Made by a program: the position numbers and the translations under genes
From: Lama glama
Taxonomy: Eukaryota
NCBI GenBank assembly: GCA_028534125.1
Contig: CM052832.1
Span: 9,612,001 to 9,676,000, forward strand
DNA: 64,000 nt
Direction: 5' to 3'
Shown: positions 50,401 through 63,896 of the stretch, piece by piece
Position numbering within the stretch: position 1 is the first letter of the stretch
Layout of the letters: each line of letters opens with the position of its first letter
The notes under the pieces: generated by a model
What the model saw: the letters and a program-made list of their open reading frames with translations, nothing else
Told to the model about the DNA's origin: nothing
Databases searched by the model: none

Positions 50401-50947
50401 GAATACCTATCTTCTGTGTCACCCCCATTCCAGTTCCAACCTGAACAGCAAGACTCAGCCAGACGTGGGCACTGAGGGGCTTCAGGGCAGCTCTGGGTCC
50501 CACCATGTAGTACTTCCGTGTCCCAAAGATGTAGGACAAAACTCTGGACATAACTCCTACACTCCTGAATGTGTATGTGGCTTCCGTCCTCACCTACGGA
50601 GGATCAAAACCAGGGGGCAGATGGGTCAGTGTTTGCCTTGATGTTCGTCGGGCACCTTTGCGCTTGGTGGGAGGATTGTTGAAAGAGGAAAGTGGTGGTA
50701 AGCTCCCAAGCCCAGGTAGTGGACGGCACCCCCACCCACCCCAGTGCCCAGGGAGGAGTGTCTCACGACCCTCTCAGTCCCTAATTGCAGGCAACCTGGC
50801 AGGGTGCCACATCACTGTACTTAAATGACTCCCCAGAAGTCCCAAGGCCCTCTGACATCTCCGCATCTCCAGTGGAATGCTGGGCACCTCCTCCCTTGCA
50901 TAGCCACTCCCAGCCAGGAGACTCAGTGAATGCTTGCTCATAGTAGC

Positions 50948-51100
50948 CAGCACCGACTATGGAATTTGTAGAGCCCCTTGTTCGAAAAGTATTAAGGATT
51001 TCAAGATGGTGGCAACAGAGCATTAAACCAAGGGTGGAACCCTTCTGAGCATGGGGCTCCGTGTCCCTGCACAGGTCACATGCCCAGAAAGCCAGCCCTG
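50948..51100. mobile_element. MER45A-like hAT-Tip100 element
   Basis: gatttcaagatggtggcaacagagcattaaaccaag...gcacaggtcacatgccc..aagccagccctg. Confidence 0.7.
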
Positions 51101-51779
51101 AGGGTCGCTAATGTTCATGGAACCCTTGCTGTAATGCCAGACCCTCGGCTCAACCACACGTGATCTCATCCCTGCCTCTGGGCCACCTCATTATCCCTAT
51201 TGTGCAGACGAGGAAATTGAAGGCTTAGACAGCCACATGACTTGCTGAGGTCACCAGCTCTTAAGGGCTAAGAGTGGGGGACAGAACCCAGCCTGTCGGT
51301 CTACAGAGGCCGGGCTCTTAAGCACCCCGGGGCCGCTCCAGCCCATGGGGGAGGGTGGTTGCTGGGCAAGGCAGCTGCGTCTCGTCCCCTTCTTCTGTCC
51401 TATCAGGGGCAGGAAGGAAGATGAGGCAAGAAACAGCAGCTGACGGTGCAGCAACAATGGCAGTGGTGGTGAGGGTGGCCGACCCTGACAGAAGTGCTGG
51501 GTGGAGACAGGGTGAGATGGGCCCCAGGCCGGGGTGAGCTGGAGGCAGCTGATAGACACCACAGCTGGGCCCTCCACCCTCTTGCCCAATGTGGGCATCG
51601 CTGAGCCCTTTCCTCTCCTCTCCCCTCATCACCTCCAGCTCTGCCTTTCTCTTCCTCTTTACGGCCAAGGTCTCTTCTCCCCCACTCTCTCCTTCACCCC
51701 CTTTCCAGCCCCCCTCCCCTGGGGAGGTGACTCGGGGCTCTCCTCCAGCCGTATTCTCGATATTACCATGTTACTCACC

Positions 51780-52000
51780 GTAGTAGTAACAGCCATGGTT
51801 TTGTGAGCACCTACTGTGTGCCAGGCACGCTGCTGGGACCTGATAGATCTAGAAACTTGACTTCTCTCCACAAGCCCGTAAACAATTATCATGAGCCACA
51901 GTTTATAAAGGAAGAAACCAAGGCTCAGAGAGGCCAAGAGATTTGTCCAGGGTTACCCAGCTGCTAAGTGGTCAAGAGGAGATAGGTGCTCAGATCTGAA
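51780..52000 (-). mobile_element. MIR
   Basis: gagcacctactgtgtgccaggc; gaagaaaccaaggctcagagagg. Confidence 0.7.
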
Positions 52001-52377
52001 GCCTACACCTTTTCTGCCTGCCGCCCCCCCGCCCCCATCACTGCTTTCCCCATAGGATGAGGTTGGCCTGACGAGGTGAGCATGGAAGAGCCTTTTCTCC
52101 CAAAGGAGGTAAAGAGTTTGAGAAATAGTCAACTTGAGGGAAGAATACATTGCGTACTGTGAGGGAGGGGGCACTCGTCTCCTTTGCATTCGCTGGGGTG
52201 GGTTCCAGAAGGTCTTACCTACCCCCCACAAGGCCCTCTCTAACACTTGGGAAGGCAGATCTGGTGGGGTGAGGTGACAGGGAGCCGAAGGGCCGAGGAC
52301 ACGGATGAGGAGGACATGGATTTCTCCCTGGCACCAAAGAATGGATTGTGATGGGCGTTGGGAGAGGTTAGACTGCT

Positions 52378-52730
52378 GTCACAGAGACCCAAAACTCAGG
52401 CGCCTAAACAATTGGAAATTTCTCACATACGAGTCTGGGTAGGCAGTTGGACCCCTGAACAGGGTTGAGGACCCACATGCCTCCCAAGCTGTTGCTTGTC
52501 CATGCCCCCCAATGCTGAAGACAGCACACCACCACATCCCCTGGGTCCATGACCCTGCCAGTGGGAAGGGAGACAAGGGAAGGAGGGGCACTACCCTTCC
52601 TTTGCAGGACTTGACCCCAAAATTACCAGATCACTTATCCCTTTGGCCGAAAGTTGGTCACCTGCCACATTTTGCTGCAAGGGAGTTTGGGGATCATATC
52701 TAAGGAGCTTCTAGTACGAAAGGTATGAGG
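52378..52730 (-). mobile_element. Old MLT1 (MaLR) LTR fragment
   Basis: tgtcacagagacccaaaactcagg...ttggccgaaagttggtcacctgccac...gctgcaagggag. Confidence 0.5.
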
Positions 52731-54269
52731 AGGGGAAATGGATGCTGGGGGTCAGTTAGGAACCTTTGCCCCAGAATCTTGATGGGCGAGGCCCCAGAGA
52801 TCCTGTGTCACATCCATGAGGACGGCCTTTCTCTGTGGAGCCTCTGAGAGAAGGGTTCTCAGCTGGACTTCTCTCTGGGGGAGGCCTGAGGCAGGGGATG
52901 CTGGCTCTGCCCTGGACTGCCCCATCTCTGGTCAAAGTAGAGGGTTCGATTCTCCCTGGCCCTGACCAGAAGCCCCTTGGAGGTCCTCATAGAGTCCTTG
53001 TCCAGGAGCCCTGTAGGACCTGCCCCTTTGGGAGACCTTGCTCTTCTCAGGTGGGGTGGAGAAGGGGCATGTTCCCACCCCTCAGTGATCAGATGTAATC
53101 ATCTCAAGCATTAGGAGAAGGAGAGTTCCAGGGCCCTCAGGGCCAAGTCTCAGTCTCAGAGACAGAAAGTACAGAGTTGAGGCAGGAGGTTGAGTTTGTC
53201 CAACATGCAGGGAACGGTTCCCCTCTCTGGAGATAGGAGTCTCTAGGTGGCTGGATGCCAACAGGCAGTCTTTTGGGCCCATTGTTCATTCCTTCTTTCA
53301 TTCATTTGCTCATTCATTTATCCATTCAGTGTCTGTGTGAGCAGGGACCATGGATGCCCCAGGCACTGTGTTCAGTGTGGATGAAAGAGACAAGAACAAG
53401 GCAGACCCAACCCCTTACCTCATGGAGCTTATGAGCCCTCAGTTTCCCCTGTCCCCTTTCTGCCTCCCGGTAGAGGACAGACCAGGCCATCGCAGCCATG
53501 CTTGTGGCTCAGAGCTCAAAAGGCCCGAATGGAGCCCCTGAGAGCACGTGGCAGGCCCTCACCTGGGTGCTGGGGGCCCGCTGTCTTGGGGCGGCTAGGG
53601 CGCTGGGGCGGGGTGGGTGTGGGTGCCAGTGGGGAGGGGGCGGAACAGGCATTGGAGATAAGGTTTCACTTCCCTCTCACATACCAGGCGTGGAATCTGC
53701 TTTTTTCTCAGTTGGCAAGGTTTGTGACTTTTCTTTTGAGCTTAGAGGACATGTCCTCTCACAGCCCCTCATCCACCCCGGCTGTCCCTCCTGGGCTCCG
53801 ACCCCCGACCCCTCCCTCCCATTACCTGTGGCCCCAGGTCACCAACTGCATCTCTGGGCTCCAGGAAAGAGAGCGGTGTGGGAGGTGGAAATCTGTGTGG
53901 GGACACTTCCTCTGTGGGGCCTCTGGTCTCTGAGGCTCCTCTCTGGGCCCCCGTGGGCCCTGTAGTCCTCAGCGCCGGTCTGGGAAGAGGCAGCTGGCCT
54001 ACGCCTTCTCCGAGAGCCATGCTGGCTCCCTGCTTCCTCTCACTGCACATCCCAGACCCTCTGTCCCCGTGCTCGGCTTGGCTTCCCTCACCTTATTCCC
54101 TGAGGCGTGCCCGGACCCCTCAGTGGCCTCCCAGTGTCACTTCATGCTCTCTTGCTACGGAATGGGGCCACTGGCATGGAAGAGGGAGGGCTGAGAGTCT
54201 CATGAGAAAGTCTGCCTTGCCTTTCATGTCACAGCAAGTGGCCTGAACCCCTCCGTCTCTCCCATCCCG

Positions 54270-54430
54270 TGGCTCTGTGCCCTGGGTGAGTTCTTAACTT
54301 CTCTGTGCCTCAGTGTCCTTATCTGTAAGTTGAGAATAATAATAGCACCTGCCTTACAGCGTCATTGGGAAGCTCCGTGTATGTGTGGCGCTCGGAACAG
54401 TGCCTGGCACAGAGCACGTGTCCAGCTGCT
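54270..54430 (+). mobile_element. MIR
   Basis: cttaacttctctgtgcctcagtgtccttatctgtaa...aacagtgcctggcacagag. Confidence 0.75.
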
Positions 54431-54725
54431 ATTAAATACAGGTGTTTACTGTTATCATGAAAACATTGACAAAAGTTGGAGGCCCCAACACTGGTGTGTA
54501 AACCCAGGGATCTAGGCTAAATAAATAAATAAAACCTTCAGAGTCACGTGCCCCCACCTCTGTGATGGTCAGTAAGAGGGCAGGGGTCCTGTCTCCAGTC
54601 CATACTTTTGGCTTTTAGTGTAGGATTTGTACTTAGCAGGTGTTCAGCAGCGGGTGGGAGGGGGGGAGACCAGCATTCACAGGAACCCAAAGATATGGCT
54701 GCCCAATTATTATAACATTGAAATA

Positions 54726-55294
54726 CAGTCTGTTTTTGTTATTCGCAATAGTTATGTTCTATGAAGTCATTGAAAAGACGGAATTAGTGACTTGTGAGCC
54801 ACTGTTCCCAACATTTTTATCAACCGATCGATACACTTGTTCTGTGTGTTTCTGTTTAAAGACAGCTTATTTAATATCTCTTGTTGATGCATTCATGTTG
54901 AACCCACGGCCAAGGGCACTGGAACTCGTGCCCGAACAAAGCTCAGCTGGCCCCCATCACAGCCTTCTTGCATTTAGAGTCGTTGGCATGTCAGCACTAC
55001 ACGTAGTGGGGGAGTGTTTTAAACAGAAAGGCTGAAAGTGCTGGAAAGGTGGCACTGAACAGACTGAAAAGGACATTTGTTCACTGCACGAGAGCTGTAA
55101 CAAGAGGGCGGATCCTTGCAGCGTTTGATCTCAGCTGAGAACATGCCTGTCAGGTGGCTCAAATTTTTCCCAGCTCTATGCATGTCCTCGAATGACCACC
55201 AGAGAGGCAGGAGTATTGACTGGGGAGTTACAGACAAATGTTAGCGAGTAGGCAAACTCACAAATAGAGAATCCATGAATAATGAGGATGACCG
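54726..55294. mobile_element. MER82-like TcMar-Tigger element with TA target duplication
   Basis: TA-cagtctgtttttgttattcgc...gaataatgaggatgaccg-TA; imperfect terminal inverted repeats. Confidence 0.7.
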
Positions 55295-58200
55295 TACCTC
55301 CATGCGGGATGATATAGACGTGATGCCCCTGCCCCAAACTACCCTCCCTTCGACATTCAGCATCTCAGGATGGGCAGCCGGGCCCTCCAGCACCCTGGGC
55401 CAACTCTTGGGCTGGCACCCACGCCGCACCACTGCTGAGTCTTTTGGGTGGGTGGGTGAGTTTTGCTGCCCTGGCCAGCACTGGAGGAGGGGTGAGGAAG
55501 CCTTGCCCCACTGCCCCCCTCTCCCTTTGTCCTACTTCCCCGCTGCACAAGAGGCCTCCCCAGTGAACCAGACCCACACGTGCAACAAGGGAGCGGGGGG
55601 TGACATGAGCAGGCAGCCACCTGTGACTCCTCTAAGCCAAGTGCTGCATCAACACCTGGGGAAGACCCCCCGGCGCTTTGGGGGAGCCTGTTTTGACCTG
55701 GTCTTTATTTACTTCCCACCCCCCACAAAGGAAGTAAATAAATAGCTCTTTGTGTGTCTGTGTGGATGTGCGCGTGCCAGACTGTGTGCCTGCTGCACAC
55801 CGTTAGAAACCGTGACCCGGCCCCAGAGGAAGTGGTAACAAAACGATTGTTTGTTTTATTTTCCACTAACCCTCCCATCCCTTCCCCACCTCCACCCTTT
55901 TAATATGTGCCCAAAGATGTTCCTTGCCAGCTTGGGATCCAATCATTTCTTCATCCATTTCTTCATTCACTCCTTCTAGTGTGTCCCGGGATACGCTGCT
56001 AGATGCTGGCGAGCGTAGAAGAGGTTATAGAGGAAAGTGAGATGGGGAAGGGGCACTTTGGCCTATGGGTGTGACTTTCTTCCTTGAAGGGAACAGGGGT
56101 TGTGATGTCCCCTCTGCGCCTCTTCCCTGCTCCTGTGGCTGCCTGCCTCCCCCAGGCCTCTGGAAGCGCTCGCCTGGATTAGTGTGTTTCTGCAGCATCA
56201 CTGCTCAAAGACCATCAGAGGCTTCCTTCCCAGGGCCTGTGAGATCAAATTTGAGTTATCATGGTGCTCTGGTTCTCCTGGCATCTGGGCTCAACCCACC
56301 TTTCCAGCCCTTTTACCTGCCATCAACCTTTATCACCCTACTCCTGCCAGCAAGAGGGCCTGGTTCATCCTGGGGTGTCCTTGCCTTCATCGCTTGGCTC
56401 ATACTGTCCCCCTTCTCTGAATGCACTCTGTCCTCCTCCCATCCACCCCTGTCTGTCCAGATTTGGCCATTCGTCGAGGCTGGGCTTAAATTCACTTGGC
56501 TACTCCCCACATATCCCGCCCCTTGGGGAGCATGTCCTAGTGTCCCAGTGTGGGTGCACCTTCTCATCTCACTAGACTGAGAGCTCCTTGAGGACCAGGT
56601 CTGTGACTTAGCATCCACTCTTCCATCATTCATTCATTCATTCAACCCATATGAAGGGTGACCGTCTGTGCCTGATGACTTTGGGCTCCACTCCCGGTTT
56701 CTCCAACGTATACCCCTCACTGCATACAGTACCCCCTTAATAAATTCTGGTCCAACAAATGAGGCTGCAAGTATGCAGTCTCGGGGTACAAGCTCTCTGT
56801 GCTGTGGGCATTCCGTGGTGAGGGAGGGCAGGGAAGGCTAGGTGTGAGGGGAGGGCTTCCAGGAGAGCTGAGCAGTCTCTGGAGTGAACAGGTAGAGTTT
56901 AAAGAGCTGAGAGATAGAGGGGAGGGCATGGCAAGAGCCATGATCATCTTGACCAGAGCCAGGGATTCTTGCTCTAGGCCCTCACCCCTCAGGTGTCCAG
57001 ACCTGGGGAGGGCATTGTGGATGGAGGCTTGAACAATGCACAGCCATGGACAGGGTCCTTCTGAGGACCTGATCCACATAGTGAAGCAAGAGAGGACAGA
57101 GAGACAGCCAAGAATCTCCTGCATGCTGAGTCAGATGCAGACCCAGAGTGGGGCTTGGGAAAGTTGTGCATTCATTCTTTCATTCATTTATTCACTCAGT
57201 CTTAATTTTTAAGGTTTTAAAAAATTATAAAATGAATGTTTGCTCGGTGTAGGAAATTTGGACAATATAGAAAAATAGGAAAAGACCAGAAAAATTGTTC
57301 AGAGTTCTTACCACCCAGAGACAGCCCTAGTTTATTTGTGTTTCCTTCCAGCCTTCTATCTTTATTATTTAAATACTTGTCATGCAATTACTTAAACAGC
57401 TACTTAAATAATTGACTTTTATATTTACTATTAAGTTAAATTCATTAAATTGAACAGTAAAAGAGTGTAATTATGAAAGTAAAACAAACTTTATCACTGT
57501 AAAAACACATTATAGACAGGAAGAAAATACAGGTGCAAATTTCACCCCACCCACCTAGTCCTATGCCGCAGGGAAAGGGGCTTAGGGCTGGTATGTGGCC
57601 TTCTGAATCTTTTTTTCTGTGCATCTACACTCGTAGTTTTATTCTTTTAAAATAAGAGCATAGACTGCTGTTCATAAACAATCTTTTTTATTTTTACAAA
57701 GGTAGGGTCACTTTGCATGCCCAATGTTGCATGTCCCTTTTTGGACATTTTTTATGCTATGTAAATTTACATAAGTATCTAACATTATACAAAATGAATC
57801 CATACCATTAATGCATTACATATGATACAGCTGTAGACTGCAGTTTACAACTGTTTGAAAAAATGGAGTAGTTTGCTTGAAAACACAGAAAGATCTAATT
57901 TGTACATTTTAGAACATGACTGAAATATCCCAGTGACTAATCAAAATGATTTAAAAACCTTAACACTTAATATCTAGTTGAAGTGTTTTTAAAAAGGAGG
58001 GGGAGATACCTTGTTTTGTTTTGGGAATATGAAAGTGAAGGAAAAGGGCATTATTCTTAAATCTCTCAAGTGAAATGAAAATGGCCTCTCAAGTGCACAT
58101 TTTAGGCTAAAATATAAAGTGCTAATTATTATTTTCAAAAATTAAAAAAATTCCCAGACCTTGACTTCTATCTACATACCATTGCAACAGTTTTTTCTAT

Positions 58201-59014
58201 GTCACTACATAGATTTTTGAATACCTGGGTTAACAGTCCACCCATATTTTACTCAATTGTTGCAGGATTCCCACCGACATTTCTTAAGCTCTGCTAGGCC
58301 ATGAGACAAACCCTCTGCCCTCTAGAGCTCCCAGGCTGGTTGGGACCCCAACACTTGAGCAGTTTCCACTTAATGTAATAAATGGCAGGAGTGGATTCTG
58401 TGCTGCTCGCAGTGGCAGCTTGCAAGAGCTGGGGGCTGGGAGTGCAGTCAAGGAAGGCTTTGTGGAGAGGAGACATTGCTACACTGGGTCTTGAAGGACG
58501 AGTGGAAGGACCCAGATGTAGAGGCTTGACAGAGTGGAGGGGCCCCAGTAGTGATGTGACATATTATCGGCTGTCCCCGCCCCCCCCCCAGCTCTGGTGG
58601 TTTGTTTCTACTTTCCCTTTGGATGTGACAGATTCTGCAAACAAGGGCTCCAGCTGTTTATCAGAGGCCATCCCAGACCCAGGGGCTCCCACTCCCTGCT
58701 GCAGAGGCTGCAGGGCCCTGATTAAGGAAACAGCTGAGGCAAGAGACCCAGGGTGGAGGGCGGGAGAACCGGAAGGAAGGGCGCAGAGCAGAGAGGGTGC
58801 AGGGCAGGCGAGAGCCAGGGCGAGGGACAGGAACAAACCGTGCCTCTTTGTGCCTCCAGGGCGGGTCCCTGCCCTCCTCCACCTGGCCAGACGCTGCCCC
58901 ATCAAGGCCTCCCTTCAGGGGGCACCTCCCTTGTGATTCCATTCATTCATCAAACATTTCCTGATGGCAGTGCTCAGAATTAATTCCTCTCCTTTGCTCG
59001 CTTAGCGAGTCAGC

Positions 59015-59592
59015 CTGTGGTAGTTGAAAGAGTCTGAACTTTGGAATCAGGAATCATAGCAGCAGGAGCTTTTATGATGCTTTTAACTTATGCTGGGCAC
59101 TGCGATGAGCGTTGGAATCTATTTTCTCACCTCATACTTCCCAACAGTCAGTGAGGTGGGAATTCTTATCCCCATGTAGTAGAGGAGGAAACTGAAGGCC
59201 AAAGGGGTTAGTGTCACAGCAGAGCTTCACACCCTTGTCTGAGTCTCAGTTTCCTCATTTATAACAGGAGATGAAAATAATATCTTTTCTCCAGGGTAGT
59301 TGCAAGAACTAAATGAGGTACTGCATATCAAGCATCTGGTACATCCAGTAAATGTTATCTCCCACCCTCCCCCTTATAGCCTCCACTACTATCATTCCGT
59401 ATCATCATTCCTTGGGAGGTGCCAGTTTGAGTTTATATAACAGGGTAGAGTGGTTAAGAACATCCATTCTGGAGCTGGACTACCTGGGTTCAAAATCTAG
59501 GCTCAGATCCATGACCTTCCTTGAACAAGTTACTTTAAGCTCTTTGAACCTCAGTTTCTTCATCTATACTATGGAAATGATAATGGTACCTT
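59015..59592. mobile_element. Cluster of MIR fragments
   Basis: gaggaaactgaagg; ctcagtttcctcatttataa; ctgggttcaaaatctaggctc...cctcagtttcttcatctat. Confidence 0.7.
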
Positions 59593-60244
59593 GTGTGTGT
59601 ATTTGCTACTGATATTAACTAGACTGAAAACTTTCTGAGGGCTAGGTCAATTTCAGGAAGGTATCACCTGAGTTCTCACTGCCTTGATGAGGACGCATGT
59701 GGCTGAGAAATCCAGATAATGGTATAACAACAAGGAAAAGTACCCATACATTGGTTAGCACTCTTCTCCCTGGAAGAGAAATACTGGCTTATTGCAGAAA
59801 CTTTGAAAAATATAAAGAAGAAAATGAAAATGAACCATCATCCAACTACTCAGAAATAATCACTGTTAGTATTTTGGTACATTTCTTTCCAATCTTGTAG
59901 ACAGTTATTTTCCTACAATTGGGATCATGGGCTGTATTACTGACCACAGGCTCTATTGTATCCCCCACTGACCCAGTTGTATATAAGATGGGCATTTTCA
60001 AATGCCATTAAAATTTTTTTTTGAAATAGAGTTATTAATGACATTCTGTTTCATTTTGTTTTCCCTCCTTACACTGAGGCAGTTGGTTAATACATTGATA
60101 CCATTCTGGAGGAAGGCAGCTCTGTCCCATCGCATATTTTCACCAGGGACTTGGGAGGTAACATGGATGGCATGTGATCAGCTGGCACCTTTGTGTCTTA
60201 TTCGTCTTGATGTCATGTACATTCCTGGGTCCAGAGCAGTTGTC

Positions 60245-60850
60245 CATTCATTCATTCCACAAATATTTATTGCGTATCCATTATGTGCCAGGCATTGTTC
60301 TGTGTACTTGGGATACATCAGTGAACAAAAAGCCAAAAATTCCTTCCCTTGTATCGTAAGGGGCAAGACTGGTAGGGCAGACAGCAAGCAGTATACACAA
60401 TAAATAAGCAAAATGGTAAAGCTCATTAAAAGGTGGTAAGCATTATGGACAAAACGAAAATATGGACCTGGGTAAGGAGGATAGTCCTGGAGAGGGGGAC
60501 ATTTTTCCATTTTAAATTGGATGACACTTTAAAAATATCCTCTAAAAAAAGGTGGGGTGTGTGGGTATAGCTCAGTAGTAGAGTGCATCCCTAGGTTCCA
60601 TCCCCAGTACCTCCATTAAAAATAAATGCTCTAAACCAGATGACCAATGTCATCCTCACTGAGAAGGAAGCATTTGAACAGTGACTTGAAGGTGAGGAAC
60701 TGGATTATAATGGGGTGGGGGGGATGCGGTTCCAGCAGAGGGAACAAACAAAGCAAAGATCTTGGGACTACAGCCCCTTCGAGTGTTTGAGGAACAGCAA
60801 GACCAGTGTGGCTGCAGTGGAGACTCATTCTCGAATGAATGGCTGGACAC
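60245..60850 (-). mobile_element. L2 with a nested, internally deleted Vic-1-like SINE (about 60555-60626, +)
   Basis: cattcattcattccacaaatatttattg...tgtgccaggcattgttc; SINE gggtatagctcagtagtagagtgcat...ccccagtacctccattaaaa. Confidence 0.75.
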
Positions 60851-61299
60851 TGGGAAGGACAGCCTATAGGCTGGTTGAGAGAGCCAGGAATTAGATCTCA
60901 ACCGGCTGTAAATAATGGTACAAATGTAATAAAACATAAATTCCAACAAGAACAAAGTTTGCTCTGAAGTTAAAAAGTCCTTTGCAAAGTCACCTCCAGC
61001 CCCTCTTGTTAGTAGACTGGGCATGAACTGTAAATAAATTAACACAAGTATAAGGTAAGTGAGAGGTGGCTTATATATTATAGGTACGCTGAATTGATTT
61101 ATTCAGCAGGTATTTAGTGAATGTGTGATATAGGCCTGGACTTGTTCTAGGTGTTGGAGAAGAAGACAAAGCCCCTGCCTTCATGAAGCTTACATTCTAG
61201 TGGGTAGGGACTGATGTTCAGCAAACTCAGAGATATAATGTGATGTTGGGTGGTGGTAACTGCTGAAACCAATAGCAGTGAACTGTGGTTCACAAGAGA

Positions 61300-62040
61300 A
61301 AACTGTGGTTTAAGTTGAGTCTAAATTTATTGAGTGATTTGTGTAATGCAGTTACCAGCAAGCCTCATTCCATCTGAGGCTGGCTGAACAGAATATTCAG
61401 CACTGCAGAAGTTGTGTTCCCTCTGCCTCCGATTGTCAAGCTGGACCTGGAGTGGTGCGTTTACCTTCTAGAAGGACATTGACAAATTCAAACTTGTTCA
61501 GGGTAGAATGACTAAGATCATGGGGTTCAGGTTTGGGGGTGCTGTAACACCATCCAGAAAACAGCACCAGGTTCAGTGGGTAGAAGTCCCAGGAAGGTAG
61601 ATTTCAACTCAGTAGGCTGAGGAATTTTCTGATGGTCAAAATTGACCAGCAATGGGATGGGCTGTGAGAGAGGGAGAAAGTCCATTCTCCAAAAGTGTTT
61701 AAAAGGAATGTGGGTTCACCTGTCTCAGGAGATAAATGAGGATATGATGAATCTGGTAGAAGCTTGGATTCGATCTGTATGGCTCCTTCTAGCTCCAGGT
61801 CATAATGTGCATGAGAAGAAAGAAGGATTTTCTGCGTATAACTTGTAACATAGATAATTCCACACCGGCCGCATCTTATTTCCACAATGGCCAACAACCG
61901 CCAGGGGCACAAGTAGAATCCCAACATGCAGAAATTAGGAGTGCTGAGAACTCTTTCACTCATTACTTTGGTGTCCAGATCTGGGCTCCAGAAACTTCAG
62001 AGGACTAGAGAAAGTTCAGCAGGAGGGCCATGGGCTGGTC
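61300..62040 (+). mobile_element. L3/CR1 remnants
   Basis: cctggagtggtgcg...agaaggacattgacaaatt; ggaaggtagatttcaactc...gaattttctgatggtca. Confidence 0.5.
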
Positions 62041-62064
62041 AGCAGACTTTCTCCCTTCTCGCCT

Positions 62065-62520
62065 AGTTATTTTGATAATTTCAGATAAAGGGAAGTTGCA
62101 AGAATTGTACAGAAAATCCTCATATAGTCCACCCAGATTCCCCAAATGTTAACATTTTATCACACTTGCTTTATCATTCTATCTAATATATATATATTTA
62201 CAGACACACACACACACACACACTGAAGACATAATGTCCCTTTATTCCTAAATATTTTAGTGTGTATACTTAAAACAAGGTCTTCTCTTACATAACCCCA
62301 GTGGAATGATAAAAACCAGGAAAGTAGCATTGATACAGGGCTAGTATCTAATCTACAGGCCTTATTCAAATGTCACAGTAGTCCCAATGATAAGCTTTAT
62401 AGCCAAAGAAGAAAAAAGTTCCAGTTACAGGTTGTATTCAGTTGTCCTGTCTCTGTAAGTTTCACTTAACCTGAAATGGTTCCTCAAATTTTTCTTTGTC
62501 TTTCATGACATCACTGATTT
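62065..62520 (-). mobile_element. L1MC-like 3' fragment with a (CA)n tract
   Basis: aagttgcaagaattgtacaga...cacccagattccccaaatgttaacatttt. Confidence 0.65.
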
Positions 62521-62692
62521 TGATGGACATAGGACTTTTAAACAAAGTCTTTTTGAAAAATGAGCTAAGACCAGGAGAAGGTTTTGATGTGAATCCCCAA
62601 GCTTCTTTGGTTTATTCATTGAGAATTATTTCCCTGTTCAAGATGCAACAGTGGTTCCATGTTGCTCACCCCTAAGAATCCACATGCCCGCA

Positions 62693-63102
62693 GTATTCAT
62701 TTCCTAGGTCTGGCATAACAAAGGACCTCAAACTGAGTGGCTTGAAACAACAGAAATATATTTTCTCACAGTTCTGGAAGCCAGAAGTCCAAAATCAAGG
62801 TGTTGGCAGGGCCACGCTCTGTAGGAGAGGCTCCTTCCTTATCTCTTCCATCTTCGGGTAATCCCAGCTGTTGCTTGGCTTGGCGATGGACCACTCCAGT
62901 CTGCCTCTGTCTCCACATGGGCGTCTTACTTCTCTTCTTATAAGGACACCAATCATATCGGATTTAAGGGCCACCCTGCTGTGATGTGACCTCATCTCAA
63001 TTACATCTGCAGCAACCCTATTTCCAAATAAGGTCATATTCTGAGGTACCAGGGGTTAGAAACTTCAACATACTGTTTAGAGGGGACACAATTCAACCCA
63101 TC
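62693..63102 (-). mobile_element. MLT1 (MaLR) solo LTR
   Basis: ggcttgaaacaacagaaat...ctcacagttctggaagccagaagtcc...ccaaataaggtcatattctgaggtac...ggacacaattcaaccca. Confidence 0.85.
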
Positions 63103-63731
63103 ATCCTCCCCCACCTCATCTTTCCAGCCTAATCCTGCATTTCCTCCTGTGCGGTCCCTCTGCTTCAACCACACTCATCATCCCCGGGGACACTTGCTTT
63201 CTCCCAGACTCAGGGCTTCCTTCTGGCCCTCTCTACTCCCCTCTGCCACTGGGGGCTCCTCTTTTTCCTGATGATGACAACTTTCATTTGCCTAGTGCCT
63301 ATTCTGTGCCGTGCAGTGTTCTGAACTCTTTACACATAGCGTTCTTTTAACCCTATCTGGTAGGGACCACCACAAGTCCATTTTACAGATGAGGATATGG
63401 AGGTATGGGAAGGTTGACTTGTTCAAGGCTTCACAACAAGATGATTCTTTGACATTTTCCTGGCTTATTTCCCCCACATTCTTGAGTCTTTGCTGGTTGC
63501 TGTACAAGAGGTCTCAGTGCTGGTGAGCGTTCTAGTCAGTGGTCTCCCTCTCTGAGACCCTCCAGGCCTGGGAGTGCTCATCTTCCCCCACTGCCTCAGT
63601 TTACACTGATCCTACTGTGTGTCCTCAGTTCTCGGGTGGCAGTGGGGGATGGGATTTTATGTTTACTGTTTCCTCCTTCTCATTGGAGCCTCTGTACCTT
63701 AAACCAAGTGTGAGTGTCTCAGAGTGGGGCC

Positions 63732-63896
63732 CAGTGTATCAAATTGTGCCAAATTGACACTCCTGCAGAGTGTGTCAAAAATGCACAATCCAGGACCCCA
63801 CGCCAGACCACCTGAATCAGAACCTTTGGTCGGGAGACCCAGAGCCTGCCTCTTGAATAAACTTCCCAGTGATACTTACGAGTTTGAGAATTGCTG
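63732..63896. mobile_element. MER5-like hAT-Charlie element
   Basis: aatgcacaatccaggacccc...ctgaatcagaa...agtttgagaattgctg. Confidence 0.6.
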
